From: Chrysemys picta bellii
Taxonomy: Eukaryota
Assembly: GCF_011386835.1 (NCBI RefSeq)
Contig: NC_088799.1
Location: 65,782,001 to 65,846,000 of the forward strand
Direction of reading: 5' to 3'
DNA length: 64,000 nt
Positions within the stretch are counted from its first letter, which is position 1; each line of letters opens with the position of its first letter. Made by a program: the position numbers and the translations under genes. The notes under the pieces are model-generated. The model saw nothing but the letters and a program-made list of their open reading frames with translations, made no database searches and was not told the DNA's origin. Shown piece by piece: positions 37,351 to 49,788 of this stretch.

Positions 37351-37929
37351 CACAGCCCCCTGCATAAGGAAGGAAGAACACTGAGATTCACAGAGAGAAG
37401 ATGGTTGGGCATGTCCACCACACAAACCTAAGGAAAGCTCCAATTGCAGGGTGTTCTCCTGGAACATGAAAGATTGCTGTACATGAAATAAATACTTTAT
37501 AGGGCAGCTTGTGGGGAGCAGGATAGGGTAAGGCTGTTGTATGGGGGGTTGCAAGATCATCTTTTTCCTTGCTTTCAGAGCTGGGCAGCCATAGAATGGT
37601 GGCTGCTGGCCAGGTGCCCAGCTCTGAAGGCAGCACCGCCACCAGCAGCAGTGCAAAAGTAAGAATGGCATGGTGTGGTTACTTAGCTCTGTAGGTATGT
37701 GTACTGGTGCCACAGATGCTATGTTCAGTAGCAGAGGGTGGTGGTGGGGGGAGTCAGTGTCATCACAGTCTGAAATATTTTTAAAAGAAATTTGAGAACC
37801 TCTGTCCTAATGGACATCTACATTGGGGGGGGGGGGGGGGAGAAGGGGGACTTTGCTCCTGAGAAGACAGTGTACCTGCAGTGTCTCAGTAATAATCATA
37901 AACCAGGGCACGACCTAAGACCCCTCAGG

Positions 37930-38900
37930 GTGCATAGGTGCCAGGAGCTGATTCTGCAGCTCCCGCTTGTCCAACTCGCGGGCTGAAACCCTTAGCGCCC
38001 AACTGCAACGACCCCCAAGTGCCGCTCTCCGCTGGGAACCAGGCTCCCCTTTCCGGAGCGAGTGCCGTACCCCGCCCTGCGAGCACCAATCTCCGCGTGC
38101 TGGGCACTGTCCTCGGGGCGGGGGAAGCGCAGGCAGCCCCGTCTGCCAAACGGGCCTCGCCCCTCACCGCAGGAACCCAGGAGCCCGAGTGCCCGGTGCC
38201 CCCCGAGCCCCAGGTTGTACGGGGACAGGAGCCCCGGGCCCTGTCAGCGCAGGGAGGCAACACCCGCCCACGGTACCGCGACCCGGGCAGCAAGCACAGA
38301 GCCCTGCCCCTTCCCCGCCGGAACCTAGCTTAGCTCCCCACACCGCTTCCGCAGCGACAGCCAAACCCTTCCTCCGGACCCAGCACCTCGCTCTTCACTT
38401 CCGCTTCCGGTACGTCAGCCAAACCCTTCCTCCGGAACTAGCGCGGGGAGCGCGTCACTCTTACCTTCCGCCCCTGTTGCTAGGGGCCCTCGCTTGGGGC
38501 CTGGTGAGTAGCGGGGAACGGGGAGAGTAGGCCCGGCCTAGGCCCCCCGGGGTAGCGAGACCCCGCTGCGCGCGCTGGCGGTCGGGTCCCGGGACCGTCT
38601 CAGCCAGTGCCCCCGCCCCTGTCGATCGCTTCGCCTGCCGGGCAGTTGCCCCGGCTGCCCCGGTGCTGGAACAAGGACACCGCCGAGCTCGTGTCCTGGG
38701 ACCCAGCCGCTCGCCCCGCTCTGAGCCCGGGGACGCGCCGCGGTAGATGTCAGATCCGCCCCCAGTCACCGGGCTTCCTCTTTACAGGCTGTGTCTGGTC
38801 CCCGCTCGCCGTGTGAACGGCCCGGGCCCGGCCGCTGCCTTACATGGGGGGTGGGCAGAGGGGTCCGCCCACAGGCTTGCGGGATCCGGGCCTCGTTAGC
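37930..38900. promoter_or_regulatory. CpG island, bidirectional promoter of NIPA2-like (-) and TAF7 (+)
   Basis: CpG-rich stretch between the 5' ends of two divergent genes; tandem ETS/GABP-type sites CACTTCCGCTTCCGG at ~38396-38410 followed by TACGTCA (CRE-like); consensus splice donors on both strands. Boundaries approximate. Confidence 0.8.
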
Positions 38901-39438
38901 CCTGTCAGGGCTACTGAAATAGGGGTGGGGGGACTGGTATTTCCCCTTTCGGCTCTTGCAATAGCCGGTGTTGTTATTTGTGTCAATAACAGGTAATCGC
39001 TTCTCACGCAGAAGTGCGATTTTTAAGTTTATTTTGTCCTTTTTTTAGTCTACCCCATCACTTTTTATTTCATTTATTTTTTAAAAAACTGATTTTCTTT
39101 TCTTTTTTTTCCCTTTGGGCATTTGTATTTGGCTTTTGAATGATACAGATGTTTATAAACATTTGTGTGAAGCAAGAAGAGGCAAGATGACATCTACAAG
39201 TAATGAATTTGTTTGCTTATGTCTCTCTGGTGCTGGGTCTCTCTGTCTCTGCTTCCTCTCTGCGGAAAAAGGATACTTCAAAGTCATAAGTTCACTGTGT
39301 TCCCTCCAACTCTTTGAAAGTATCCAAAAGGAGAACAGCAAGCTGTTGGGGCTGAAATCGAATCTGTAGAACAAACAACATACACTCCATGTATATATGA
39401 CTTCTGAGGCCCCCAAGGAAAATCCTGATGCAGCCATA

Positions 39439-39731
39439 GGCCTTGTCTACACTACGGGGGGAGATTAATCTAAATTATGCAACTTCAGCTATGTGAATAA
39501 CGTAGCTGAAGTCGACATACTTAGATCTACTTCCCGTGGGGTCCGCACTATGCGATGTCGACTGGAGATGCTCTCCCGTCGACTCCCCTTGCGCTTCTCA
39601 TTCAGGTGGAGTACAGGAGTTGACGGGAGAGCAATTGGCGGTCGATTTAGCGGGTCTTCACTAGACCCGCTAAATCAACCACCGATGCGTTGATCGCCAC
39701 CTGTCGAACCCCAGTAAGTGTAGACAAGCCC
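39439..39731. mobile_element. PIF/Harbinger-like MITE
   Basis: TIR GGCCTTGTCTACACT / AGTGTAGACAAGCCC (14 of 15); flanks ATA / TTA fit a TWA target site. Confidence 0.8.
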
Positions 39732-40479
39732 TTAGCTATGGATCCACCATTGGTGCGGTGCTTCCTCAAGGAGATATTCCCATTGTCAAAGACTCCTGAT
39801 ATTTAACCACACAGTTTCTAATGCGGAGTGCAGGAATCCTGTGCTTCTGTGTTAGATTCACAAGCACAGAATGCTGCCTCCCTCAGGTGCCTCTTCCTGG
39901 ACTTCTGCTTGAGAGTTATACACCTGGAATATCCTCCTGTCGGAGAAGTTTTGAGTATAATGAAAACGTATCTTTAGTGCATGTGATAAACTTAATGGAG
40001 CAGAATCAAAAGCATGTCTTTCTCCCTACAAGGCCTCCATTGTCTCTTATTGAGACCTGAAGATGATGTTATTGTTTTAGTGTTATAATGGCATCTTTTA
40101 GCAAGGAGAAGTGGGCAGGATGCCCTTCATGTCAATGGAGCACTTGCGGTTGAATATTGTTACAGGAGGCTTGTGCTGTATGTAGCTGAGCACTCTAAGC
40201 ACCACCATTCTAGGAGCAAGACAGTAGGATAGAAAATAGTACCGAGTTTCTCCCCTAGCAGTGCAGAACTATTAGACTAGTATATCGGATACTTCAGGCA
40301 ATGCACGATTTCACCTCTAATGTAGTCTTCTGTTCACATGTAATTGTAACATCAGATACATAACTGATAGAGATACCCACTCTCTCCCCCTTTGTAATGT
40401 TATATTAAAGTTGCTCTCGTGAAAAAGAATATTGATCATGTAAGTTTTAGGAGCAGAACCTTATTTGATAGAATTTAAG

Positions 40480-40604
40480 GGTGGGATGCTAAAAAGTGCT
40501 AAGTGTTGCCCTAACTCTGTTCCTATTGAAGTAAATGAGAGCTGTACCACTGATGTCAATAGGAGCAGTTAGGTCAACACTGAGTGTTTTAGAAAATTCT
40601 ACCC
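40480..40604. repeat. Short palindromic (hairpin) interspersed element
   Basis: aagtgttgccctaactctgttcctattga ... tcaataggagcagttaggtcaacact form an imperfect inverted repeat. Confidence 0.6.
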
Positions 40605-41062
40605 TAAAAGACTTCATAAATGAATCCCATGTAGTCACAGAAACTGCTCTTTCTCTTTTCAGCTCTTGTCTCTCATGTAAGCTCTTCTTTCCTTTGTGTG
40701 TGTAGGCATAAACTCTTATATCACGTCCCAAATGCATCCTTGTGATCAGGAATATTTTGTATTTTCTTTTGATTCATATAAGGGAGATCCTACAGAAACT
40801 TGGTGACAGAATGTAAACACTGGGGACCAGCAGCAGAAATTCTTTAGCTTTGTCAATTAAGGAGTTTCTGAGTTAAGTGTCTATCCCATCGGTGTCTGTA
40901 TCTCAGCAGCTGGCACATACAGTTCCTAGTAATATAACAGGGAGAATATCCACTTTATTTATAAATGCTGAGTAGCCATCAACTATCAGAGGTCAAAACA
41001 GACTGAACAAACATCTTGGTGACGTTGTGTTTTATCTTGTTTTCTGACTTCAAGAACTAAAG

Positions 41063-44000
41063 ATGAGTAAGAACAAGGACGATGCTCCCCATGAGCTGGA
41101 AAGCCAGTTTATTCTGCGGCTGCCTCCGGTAAGAGACCCTTAGATCTGGGCCAGTCTAAAGAGGACAAAGTGGGAGGAACATTCCCACACAAGGCTACCA
41201 TCACTCTGCAAAAATCACCAAGTTCCCAAGGCACCCATCCAGTCCAGCCCCAGTTTGGAAGGTGCAGGGCAGCAACTCAGGGTAGAGAGGGTTTAAAGAG
41301 ATGGGTGAAAGCAATAGGAATTCTACAGACCCTGTTTGAGATATCAAGACAGATTGGCTATTTGTACTGAACCCCTGCCTGTTTGTAATGTAGCTCCCTT
41401 AAATGACACCTTGTAAACCAGCCTTCTACCCATTCCTGTTCATGTCTATGCCTGTGAGATGCATCCGGGTGCACTGCTGCTTGGAGAAACTATGGTGTTG
41501 TGAAACAGATCAAGGAAAAGTATTTACAAGTGATAGTTCAGTTGGTCCTCATTGCCAGTGATCAGTTCTATCATTCACTCTTGGTGCAGTTAATCTCATT
41601 CAATAAATGCTTAATCTGGGAAGAAGCTTCTTCAAATAACACACTGATGAGGCATCTCCCCTTGACCCTGATGGAGCCCCTCTGGCATTGTAGAGGAGCT
41701 GTAAGAGTGGGCATCTGAGTTCTCCTGAAAGGGTCTGTCACTCAGCTGCCCTATAAATAAAATAGACATGAGCAGTTCATAAAAACATGGGGTAGCTTCT
41801 GTTTTCTACGGGACCTTAAACCAGCGATAGAATCTTTCCCAAATTACATTAGGTTGCTGGCTGTGAAGTACATTGGGAATAGCAAAGCCACGAGGTTAAT
41901 GCACATTGCTAGGAGAAGTGCTCTTTTCTTCCTGTGTTTAATGGCACTTTTCAGTTGAGTTTCTGTGTTTAGACGAAAGTATGGATTAAAATTGGGTTTG
42001 AAAGCAGATTATCTCTTTAGCTGTTCTACCAGCTAACACACACAGATCTAGTCCTGTCTCATTCATCTGCTTTTTCTCAGGAATATGCCTCCACTGTGCG
42101 GAGGGCAGTACAATCTGGAAGCGTCAACCTGAAGGATAGACTTACTATCGAATTACACCGTGAGTAGCCAAGATCAGCTGCCTTTAATCTCTCAGTTCAG
42201 GAGCGAGTACTGTAGGCTTTGAAAGAGTGTGACTTGATTTGCAGAGCCCAGAGTGGGAAGAGACATCTGGGCTTCTCTGGGGATCATGCAGACATGTTGA
42301 GAAGGGTGCACTGAGCAATGTGGGTGTCTGATTTCTGGTGGAAATGTGCCCGGCATCAAACCAAGAACTGGTTTCCCATTGGGAGACCCAGAGGAGAAGT
42401 TCATCTTAGTGCAGTAGATGAAAGCTGCACACACCCCAACTGGACAAGCTTCACATCTTGTGAGAACCTGCTTGGCCAACAACCTCAATAAAGAGGGTAT
42501 GCATAGAACAGCTCCTCTTTAATGTGATTGGCCCGAGCTGTCTGTCGCTTTTCTCCGCACCTCACAAAATGGGCATCTCCCTATTTGCCAGAGATTGGGA
42601 TGTGAATATGTGTAGTTCTGAAGGTAAAATACTATTGATTCATGCAATGCACTAATCACATGGGTAGAGCCATCTTACTAACACGGGTATAAGTCATTGG
42701 CCCTGGAGGAAATCCCAAGAATTTTCTTTCTAGCTCAACTCCATCAGCAAATTCCCAGTCCTGCCCTGGAGGATTCAAAGACAAGAAAGCTCTGCCTCTA
42801 GCTGTTAGAATAGCCATAGCTGTAGAGCATACCCCACTGTTCCGTCCTCTCCTTCAAAGGTATTTTCTGTGAGTCTATCTGTAGTTATCTTGCTGCTAAG
42901 AGCATCACAGATTTCACAGAAAAATGCCACAGTTCTGTGCACCTCCAGTTCACTCAGGAGTTTTAAAGTGTTTGGCCCAGGAATGCAGCATACCGGTTAG
43001 GCATTTACTGGATTAATTTGTCTCTTGGTTTTCTGCAGCGGATGGGCGTCATGGGATTGTCCGTGTAGATCGCGTCCCCTTAGCTGCCAAGCTGGTGGAC
43101 CTGCCCTGCATCACCGAGAGCTTAAAAACCATAGATAAGAAAACATTCTATAAGACAGCGGATATTTGTCAGGTGTGGGCTGCCTATTCTATTCATTCTG
43201 GTGTCCTGTGCTTGCTTCCTTCAGACAAAAGTCTAACCCTTTATATTATGGCAGTGCAACATATGGTACCCCACTGCTAATTTCCACTGCTAATCCTCAG
43301 AATGTGAGTGGAGCAGCTGTGGTGTAAAATTTCCCATCACAGCATAGCAGTTGGCAATTTCTTTCCTGACTTCTGCTCCCTTCTAACTGAAGAGAAGGTT
43401 GGTCATAAACTGATCCATCCACAAAAGGTGATTTTTGTCAGCTATGCCAGTGAATCCCAGAGGCTGACTACATGCTGGAGGGAGTAGCATTTCCTTGTAT
43501 ATGTTGTAAATGTACCAGCCTTTAATTTAATTGAGTAGCTCTGCTCTCACATTATAATCAGCTCCTTTGTGTTCTGGGGCTTCAGATGCTCGTGTGTACT
43601 GTGGACGGTGATCTCTACCCCCCTCTGGAAGAGCCAACTGTGAGTACTGACCCCAAGGCAAACAAGAAAAAGGACAAGGACAGAGAGAAGAAATTCATCT
43701 GGAACCATGGCAGTGAGTAGAGTACAGGGTGCTTTACCTATCTTATCCTGGCATGACCCATAGCTCCCAGTGCTCATCCCCTCCACCCTAGACAATGCAG
43801 GGGTAGTCTGCCAGGGCTCCTTACTCAGCTGTGTAGTTGAGAACCTTGCCCTCAGCCCACCAAAGTGCTGCTGGATCTCTCACATCCTGGAGTGGGAGTT
43901 TCCTGTACTCAGATGCCATGAATCTGTCATGCATGTGACTTTCCCCTGAGATCGGTGCCTGACACACAGCCTGTTTCCTTTGTTCCAGTTACTCTTCCAC

Positions 44001-47000
44001 TGAAGAATGTAAGGAAGAGGCGGTTCAGGAAAACAGCTAAGAAGAAGGTGAGTTGCATCTCCTCATCCATGGTGGCACCTATGGTGTCAGAGGTGTCCAA
44101 AGGTGGGGGACAGAAGAAGACACTAGTACTGTGCGTAGCTGGGTCAGGAGCCTAACAATCTGTCTTTGCACTATGAATTCTTATAACATGGGTTTTATTA
44201 ACTTTGCTTCACACCTCACTCAGACAGAGCACAGGAGAAGGCAATTAGGACATTTTAACATTTTCTTGGCAATCTCCTGGCTGAATTTTGAAAGATGCCG
44301 TGGAGTGGGGAAAGCCCACTGTGCAGGAGTGGATCGAGTCTGTGTGTCCATTTTGCATACAGTGTGTCTCTTCTTTCTGAATTACTAGAAATATCTGCAT
44401 AGAAATAAGAGAGTTTATCTGCTCCTCCTCTTTCCCCACCTGAAATCCCAGTCCTCTGTGTGGGGCCCAATCATTTCCACAGCAACCAGCTATGATGTAG
44501 CACCCAGAATGACTTCAGAAGGGAAATGGGAGCAGAAGAACTCTTCCAATCCTGTCTTTGTGCAGAAGCCCCCAGTAATAAAGCACTCTGAAGGGGAAAT
44601 GAAGCTATACTAAGTGGCTGCCCATTGTGGGACAGGCTGGGAGAATTAATTCCTCTCTGCTTTGCACTTCACTTTCACACAATGGAGCAATATTTCAGTG
44701 CAACATTAGGGAAACCGGACCCTGGAAGCACTGAGACTTTCCCCTAGGAGAAGTGTAGCAACACTTAGCCAGCATTCCCAACAAATTTAATAATCATAAA
44801 AAGTGAAACCTTGTTGTGATTCAGCAGGTGACTTTCAAACCTGGGAGGCCTTTCACTGAGGATTCATAAATGAATTCAGCCTTGGGGAGTTCTCATGTGC
44901 CATACAGTCAGGCCAGCTTTTATTCAGAGGTGGTGTTGGGAGTGTGAGAATGGAGCGGAAGTCAGGATAGTGAGAAGATTCAGCTCATTCAGGAGCTTTG
45001 AGGCAAAGCGGAGGAAGATGGAACACTGTCTTGAAAGGCAGGTAGTGGCAAGGGAGAGTCTTCTGGTGGGATATGGGTGAGCTCAAAGTCTAAAAGAATA
45101 GAGTAAAATAAAAGAGCCTTAAAATAAGGGGCTGGGATGGGTTGAGGTGTGGGAGGCAGCCAACAGCCAAGATACTTCTGAATTGGAGAACTGTCTGTCC
45201 AAGGGTGTTTAACACCGTCTCTTCTCTCTTTCCCCTCTCTGGCCCAGTACATTGAGTCTCCAGACGTGGAAAAGGAGGTGAAGCGTCTGCTGAGTACAGA
45301 TGCTGAAGCTGTCAGTGTCCGTATCCTTTCTTCTGATTAACTCCGCAGAGCAGGAGAGTGGCTGAGGAAGGCTCAGAGGAGAGAGAAGTTAAGTTGATCT
45401 CACAATACACATGGGTAACAGCAGGCAGGACATGAGCATGTGACAGACACTGAAGTTATAGCTTGAGCTTTACCCTGTTCAAAACCTGCTGCTTCTCCTC
45501 AATGACCTCTCTCTGGCATTCGTCACAGCCCTCCTTGTGTATCTGCTACTCCTGACGCTGGGGTAACTGGTTGCATCATCTCCAGAAGACAGGCCTTCAC
45601 AGAAATAGGCCTGCAGGGCCAGATTGGCCACATTTGCGTGACCCTGCCAACACAGTGCAGAATTAGAGAGGGATACCAAGAGAGACTGGAGTCATCCCTG
45701 GGGTACTGTTAGCTGGAGAACCTCTTCTAGCACCTTGCTGTCAGTGGGCTCTTGCTGGTACCACCATCTGTCATTCTTCTGTTTTTTCCTTGACTCTTCT
45801 GTATCTGCTCTCAGGCTGGGAGGTCATTGCTGAAGATGAAACAAAGGAAGCAGACAACCATGGTTCACTCACCGGCTTGGACATCTCCTCTCCTGGGATG
45901 TCTGGCCACAAGCAGGGCCATGGCTCATCGGGTACATTGATGAAGGCTTATGCTTTTAGTAACATCATTTCGCTGCCAGAAGGCAGGGTCACCTGGTTTT
46001 GGTCTCTATGGAGTAGTTACACATGGGAGATGTATTTAATTCTATGAGCAAAATTGGATGCTGAGATTGTGTTCATTGGTATGAGAGAACAGGACAATAA
46101 TAGTTTGGTCAAGCAGATATGCATTTGCCATTCTAGTGAACATGGCAGAAGAGAGAAAATCAGTATTTTCTGTCTTGAATTAGTCTACTTGTAGTCTATT
46201 GGATCCCATAAGGAAGGTTAAGGACAATAGGTGTGTTTAGATAGACACTGGATACAGAAAACTATGCCTGACAGCCATAGGGATGTGCAGTGCCTTTCAG
46301 GGAGAGTTGAGGAGACACCGAAATCTGATGGGAGTTCATCAGCTCATTGTTTTTCTCCTTGTTTCACACCACTAGAACATGATGAACTGCGGGAGATATT
46401 TAATGACATCAGCAGCAGCAGTGAAGACGAAGATGAGAGAGATCATCATGATGATGAAGATTTGAACATCATGGACACGGAAGAAGACTTGGAGAGGCAA
46501 CTGCAGGACAAACTGAATGAATCTGATGGGCAGCAGCAGGAGAACGAGGGAACAAACCAGATAGGTGAGCAGTCTTAGGCAGTGGTAGGTTGGGTGCCGA
46601 GGATGGGCAGTACCCTGGAAGGCTTGGTGCCAGGGGGATTGGCATGTTGCTCTGCTAGTGCTATAATTCAAACTATGGTGTGGATCATTTCTGCTGTCTC
46701 CCTTAGCCATGGGGATCCAAAAGCAGATTGACAACCTGAAGGGTAAACTCCAGGAGACCCAGGAACGGAGAAAGCGCCAGGAAGATCTCATCATGAAAGT
46801 AGAGAATCTAGCCCTCAAGGTGAGTGCTGGTCACCATCTGGTACCTTTCCTTCTAGCCCAAACCATGCATTCTTTACGGGGTCCTGTTCAACTCAGCTGA
46901 TGCAGTGAAGGTTTGGAACCAGAAGGCATCCAAACCTATTGTCCCGGAGTAGCTGATGGCCTTGCCATGTGGAATTTAAGATGAAAGTAGCTATAGGAAT

Positions 47001-48290
47001 ACATTCCAGCCAGTCATCCATGGATGACCTGAGACTGATGCAGAGCAAACCATGGAACTGTGCTGAAGAAGATAAGGGTCCTGCAATCCATGCTATGTTC
47101 CCTTTACTTTGCTGCCTGTCAAATTGCAACTGCAGATTTGTTCTCTTTACATAAATGGCCACTATTGAGACAGCAGTTATGTTCTTGCTTGTGTCTTTCT
47201 TCCAGACCCGTCTCCAGGCTGTGCTGGATGAATTCAAACAGCAGGAAGACCGAGAGAAGCAGCAGGTGAGGAAGCCTCTGTTACTGTCTCCTCTATGTTC
47301 CTGTAGAAGAAAGCAACGAGTGTGCAGTGTTGTGGGGTGATGCTGAGTGATTCTCAGCATTAGGAAGCAACACGTTGCACGCCTGTTCAGTAGTTTAATG
47401 TATAAAGGCCTCTGAGCCCTGCACCACACCACCTCAGGCTGTGATCAACAGCTGCCACAAGCTAAGCAGGGCTGTACCTGATCAGTACCCCCGTGGTAGA
47501 ATGCCTACAAGCAGTGGAGCTGCTGGAAATGGTGATACAGTAGGTGTAGTCTTCTCTCCGGAACACTAGTTAGCCAAGTCACGTTGTTCCAGAGGGTGCT
47601 CTGAAGCTGAGGTTGCCATATTTAGAGTGAGATGTAAAATGAAGACCCTGACGACGTGTGTCCATTAAAGATACAGTAGCACTTTCTGAAGAGTAGGGGT
47701 AGCTCTGGTCACTTGGCAAATTACCAAGCTGGGTAACTATATTCTGCTGCTTTACATCTCTCCTTGCAGTTTCAGTTGAATACTATAGTTTTTCCCCCCA
47801 CACTTACTGGCTTGCGTAATGTTGTTTGCTGTAGACAGCTGCAGCATTCCACCCAAGAAGTGGCTGCATTTCAGTTGCAAACAAACCAGTTTTTACATCT
47901 GAGCCTGATTTTTAAAAACATGCTCAGAATATGTGCACACAGCTACTCCAGTTGTGTAAGCAAATCAGATGTTTGTGCATGTAACTGGTTATTTAACATG
48001 CCATTTAGGGGCAGAATAAGACTCGTGCTCATTCTGCACCTCATTTAGGCATGGGTATTTCTGTTCAGGCAGTTACATGTAGGTGTCTTCATAGAGACCT
48101 ATAGTTTGTAAAAAGTTTTGGGGATCCCTTTGAAAAGAAAGAAGAGTATTATTACCCCTTTGGTATGAGAGAGAGATCTAAGAAGTTTTAAACATAAAAT
48201 ATCTCTAATGCTTTACTCCTTTCCCTTCCAACCTTCTCCCCATAGCTCACCTCTCTGCAAGAACAACTGGAATCCCTTATGGAGAAGTGA
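41063..48290 (+). CDS. TAF7: TFIID subunit 7 (intron-containing TAF7/TAF7L locus), 11 coding exons, 353 aa
   Basis: join(41063..41128,42081..42159,43039..43172,43586..43712,43989..44047,45248..45320,45815..45931,46376..46564,46707..46819,47206..47265,48246..48290) = 1062 nt. [81 protein letters not shown], acidic Ser stretch and C-terminal coiled coil. Position corresponds to mammalian TAF7L. Confidence 0.95.
45321..45814 (+). other. U12-type (minor spliceosome) GT-AG intron in TAF7
   Basis: 5' splice site GTATCCTTT at 45321; branch point TTCCTTGAC at 45786-45794; acceptor AG ends 45814; splicing restores the frame (C|GC = Arg). Confidence 0.85.
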
Positions 48291-48986
48291 GGAGGGCTTT
48301 TGATCAGGATGGGAGCTATACCCTCCAAGCAGGCATAGTGCTGAGATGGACGCTTCACCCATGGGTTCTGGAGCCATCCTCTGTGCTGAAGACCTGATGT
48401 TACTGGCATGACCTCACTGCCGATAAGCCTACTCCTGTTAATGTTGGCACTCTGTATTCTCCTGGACATTGTTTCTAGAGCTGCTGGCTGATGTTTCTTG
48501 TGCTGGACAGTGCAGCCCAAACCATTAACCTTTGAAGAAAGAAAGGCACTAACCTGCAGTTGGTTCTCTGAGAGCAGCAGAAACACATGGCTAGTGGGTT
48601 AGCTGCACTGCTGGGGGAGATCGTTCCTTGACTAGTTTGACCCATCTTTCTCTCAGTGGAAATCATTCATACCTTGGAACACTCCTTCAAAGGCACTTTG
48701 CTTCCCGACAGGCTAATCCACAGCACTGTCACTCTGGGTCACCTTAGCTCATGGTGCCAGAAAGCCGTGCTGAGCAAAGGGCAGGAATTAACCCCCCATG
48801 CACTGCGCAGGCCTGGAGGAGCAGAGCCAGGTCAGTGCATCACCTGGTTGTTGCTATCATCTGACCCTGCAAAGCAGCATTCCCTGAGTGGGGCATGTGC
48901 TTCCTTAACAGACTTTCTGACGGGTCTGCAGTGTTGGGAGTTTGTGCCCATGCTTGGGGAACATCTGCTTGAACAAAACTGGAATG

Positions 48987-48992
48987 AATAAA
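48987..48992 (+). terminator. Candidate polyadenylation signal of TAF7
   Basis: AATAAA about 700 nt after the stop, followed by a GT-rich tract (gtgtgtgtgttttc). Confidence 0.6.
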
Positions 48993-49296
48993 GTGTGTGT
49001 GTTTTCAACCCTGCTCTGTCCTGTAATGCTCATTTCCTCAGAGCGGTGCTGTGACTGGCACTGTCCCTTTGCCAGCTGGAGACTGATGGCAGCAGAGCTC
49101 CCTGGTGCTTGTAGATGTAAAAGTGGTGGGGTGCTGCAGCAGCTTTGCTTTCTCACTCAGCGAGCAAGCTAGATACAAATGGGACCCTCCCAAGGGAAAA
49201 CTGGGAAGCTGCTATTGTGCTGTCAGTGTGGGGGCGTTCTCTCCTCCCCCCCTCACCCCCCCACGGGGCAGAGCCCTTGTGAGTAGGGAGCTTTCT

Positions 49297-49350
49297 CTAA
49301 TCCCAGATAGATTAGGGAGGCCAATCCTAGATTAACCTGGTAGGGGATTG
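49297..49350. promoter_or_regulatory. Cluster of CRX/OTX2-type (K50 homeodomain) sites upstream of the AIPL-like gene
   Basis: CTAATCCC 49297-49304, AGATTAG ~49309-49315, AGATTAA 49329-49335, GGGATTG ~49344-49350; also TAAGCC at 49619-49624. Confidence 0.55.
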
Positions 49351-49788
49351 GAAAGGCAGTCCAGTCAGCAGTTGTCAGAACGCATCACGGGGTGTTGGGT
49401 GGGAGGTTCTTCCTTACCACAGGGGAGAGAAGAGTGAGGCGAAGACAGAGGGGTAAGAAAATATAACAGATAACAGGGCCACTCTGGCTCCTTAACGTGG
49501 TTACTGTACAGCACAGTTCTCTCTGCTCCTGAATGGGCAAACTCCACCTAGGGGAAGTCCAGGGAGAAAAGGCTTTAGGATGTAGTGCAGTCACAGCCTC
49601 ATTCAGGGTGGGCAGCCTTAAGCCAGATATGCAGTAGCTAAAGACTGTTAGATGAGCCACAGGAGGAAGAAAACTCATCCCAACAGACCGGAATCGAAGA
49701 AACACTCAGCTCCAGGAAGAGTGAGAACAACAGTGGGTGTGACCAGCAACCAAAGAGGTGAGGAGGGAGATCTGCCAACAGCTTCAAC

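Noticed and set aside
37351-37713. About 120 stop-free codons in frame upstream of the NIPA-like ATG (ORF 37126..37713)
   Set aside because: A good acceptor (tcttccttccttatgcAG) lies 9 nt before the ATG, the ATG gives the expected 139-nt exon, and part of the extension (~37590-37700) resembles hAT sequence (cagctctgaaggcagc, also at ~17935).
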